Assembly (NCBI GenBank): GCA_965248255.1
Contig: CBDFIW010000002.1
Span: forward strand, 276,162 to 340,161
Reading direction: 5' to 3'
Origin: Bryobacterales bacterium
GTDB lineage: Bacteria > Acidobacteriota > Terriglobia > Bryobacterales > UBA6623
DNA length: 64,000 bases
Positions 62,448 through 64,000 of this stretch are shown here, piece by piece. The position numbers were made by a program, and so were the translations under genes. The notes beneath the pieces were generated by a model, which was not told the origin of the DNA, ran no database searches, and saw nothing but the letters and a program-made list of their open reading frames with translations. Positions within the stretch are counted from its first letter, which is position 1. Every line of letters begins with the position of its first letter.

Positions 62448-63110
62448 TTATTTCGCTTCGGCCGGTGGGGCTCTCCGCGCGGCTTCCCGGGCCGCTTCCC
62501 GGGCCGCTTCGACGTATCTTCGCACCTTATCATGATCCTTGAGGCCGGGTCCGCGCTCGAGCTTCGAGCTGGCATCCACGCCGAAGGGTTGTGCACGGCG
62601 AATGGCCTCGCCGACGTTGTCCGCATCCAGCCCGCCGGCCACGATCACACGGCCGTAGCGCCTGACATCGACGGCGCGCGACCAAGGGAAAATCTGTCCC
62701 GTTCCGCCGTAGAGGCCGTCACCCGCCGTGTCGAGAAAGAACGCCTCACAAGAAAACGCGGCCGCCTCCGCCGGCTGGAAATCCTCGCCTACACGAAGCA
62801 CCTTCCACACCCGCAGCGGCGCAACCGCGGCACAGACCTCGGGCGATTCATCACCGTGAAGCTGCGCCACGTCGAGCCCAGCGTCCCCGGCGATCTTCAA
62901 GACAGTCTCGGGCTCTTCGTTGACGAACACCCCCACGCGAACCACGTCCTTGGGTACGGCAGCGGAAATCCGAGTTGCCGTTGCCGAATCCACATAGCGC
63001 GGACTGCCCGGATAGAAGATCATCCCCAGTGCCGAGGCTCCGTTCTCCGCGGCGAACTGTGCGTCCTCGACGTTGGTGATGCCGCAGACTTTGATGATCT
63101 CAAGAGGCAA
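62448..63110 (-). CDS. trpF: Phosphoribosylanthranilate isomerase (start approximate)
   Basis: KVCGITN, SPRYV, QLHGDES, GGTG, AGGL and GVDASS. Confidence 0.95.
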   Translation of the reverse strand: MPLEIIKVCGITNVEDAQFAAENGASALGMIFYPGSPRYVDSATATRISAAVPKDVVRVGVFVNEEPETVLKIAGDAGLDVAQLHGDESPEVCAAVAPLRVWKVLRVGEDFQPAEAAAFSCEAFFLDTAGDGLYGGTGQIFPWSRAVDVRRYGRVIVAGGLDADNVGEAIRRAQPFGVDASSKLERGPGLKDHDKVRRYVEAAREAAREAARRAPPAEAK

Positions 63111-63921
63111 GGTCGCGGGTCCCCTCAATGAGCTTTGCCAGCGCCCCGCCCGGTTCGGCTTGCTTCATCAAGCTTTCGCCTACCAGGAACGCTTGATAGC
63201 CCGCTGCCATGAGCCGCCGAACGTCCGTCGAAGTCCGAATCCCGCTTTCACTCACGCGGAGCACATCGTCGGGCATCTGCTCGGCCAAACGCAATGACGT
63301 TTCGAGCGAAACCTCAAGCGTCTTCAGGTTGCGGTTGTTCACGCCGATGATGTCGGCGCCCGCGGCCAGGGCCCGCTCGAGTTCGGTCTCATTATGCACC
63401 TCGACGAGCGCGTCCAAGTCCAGCTCGCGAGCCTGAGCGAGCAGCTCGGTCAGATCGCAGTCCGAGAGCGCCGCCACGATCAGCAGGACGGCATCGGCAC
63501 CTGAGGCCGCCGCCTGCAATAAGTGATAGCGGTCGAGCGTGAAGTCCTTTCGCAGGACGGGCAGCTTGACGGCGGCACGGGCCTGCTCGAGATGTTCGAG
63601 CGAGCCTTGGAAGAACTGCTTGTCCGTCAGAACCGACAGCGCGGCCGCCCCGCCCGCCTCGTAACCCTGGGCAATCGCCCCGGGGTCGAATTGCTCGGCG
63701 ATGACACCCGCCGACGGTGACGCCTTCTTGATCTCGGCGATGACCGCCGGACGCCGCATCTCGAGCGCTTCGCGAAAGCTCCTGCGCTCGGCCCGAGGAG
63801 CCTCTTCCAGTTGCTCGATGGGCGCCAGCGACCGCTCGGCGAGCAGCTCCGCCCGCTTGCGGACGACGATCTGGTCGAGCACTGTCAGTTCCGTAGCGTG
63901 CACGGAAGTCTTTGAGGACAT
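63100..63921 (-). CDS. trpC: Indole-3-glycerol phosphate synthase (start approximate)
   Basis: IAEIKKASPSAG, LSVLTD, LRKDF, GVNNRNL, SESGI and LVGESLM. Confidence 0.96.
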   Translation of the reverse strand: MSSKTSVHATELTVLDQIVVRKRAELLAERSLAPIEQLEEAPRAERRSFREALEMRRPAVIAEIKKASPSAGVIAEQFDPGAIAQGYEAGGAAALSVLTDKQFFQGSLEHLEQARAAVKLPVLRKDFTLDRYHLLQAAASGADAVLLIVAALSDCDLTELLAQARELDLDALVEVHNETELERALAAGADIIGVNNRNLKTLEVSLETSLRLAEQMPDDVLRVSESGIRTSTDVRRLMAAGYQAFLVGESLMKQAEPGGALAKLIEGTRDLAS

Positions 63922-64000
63922 GGCCTGCAGGGGGGACCTCCTCATCGTAGCCACCCGCCGAAAGAACCGTCAATGAAGCAGCCGCTACCTCCGCTGCTTG

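Noticed and set aside
62481-62510. 12-bp tandem repeat at the trpF 3' end as a phase-variation site
   Set aside because: In-frame EAAR duplication in a dispensable tail; cannot switch the frame

Overview
GC-rich bacterial chromosomal window. The gene set (PVC-type heme dehydrogenase, PPC-domain protein, DUF3604-like PHP protein, Ser/Thr kinase with PD40 repeats, small RRGRPP protein) suggests Acidobacteriota, probably Bryobacterales-like; this taxonomy is an inference. Housekeeping genes include mfd, an rfaE-II nucleotidyltransferase, rfbD, nadX and trpC-trpF-trpB-trpA-chorismate mutase-tyrA. These are mixed with many hydrolases and oxidoreductases and a heavy mobile load: one IS481, two IS3, two near-identical inverted IS5, two IS630 (one truncated), two MITE families and three REP-like palindrome families. 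The three leading candidates for undescribed biology are: (1) a ~165-nt structured non-coding module with its own inward promoter, conserved at the 3' end of two divergent IS3 elements; (2) a duplicated REP-associated cassette of a structured three-way-junction leader plus a small AT-hook-like gene; (3) an inactivated NLR-like gene (helical effector, amyloid-like motif, NB-ARC, TPR). No CRISPR array, rRNA or intact tRNA was seen. Several frameshifts lie in or near homopolymer runs and could be assembly errors. All calls are from reading motifs by eye; no database search was run.
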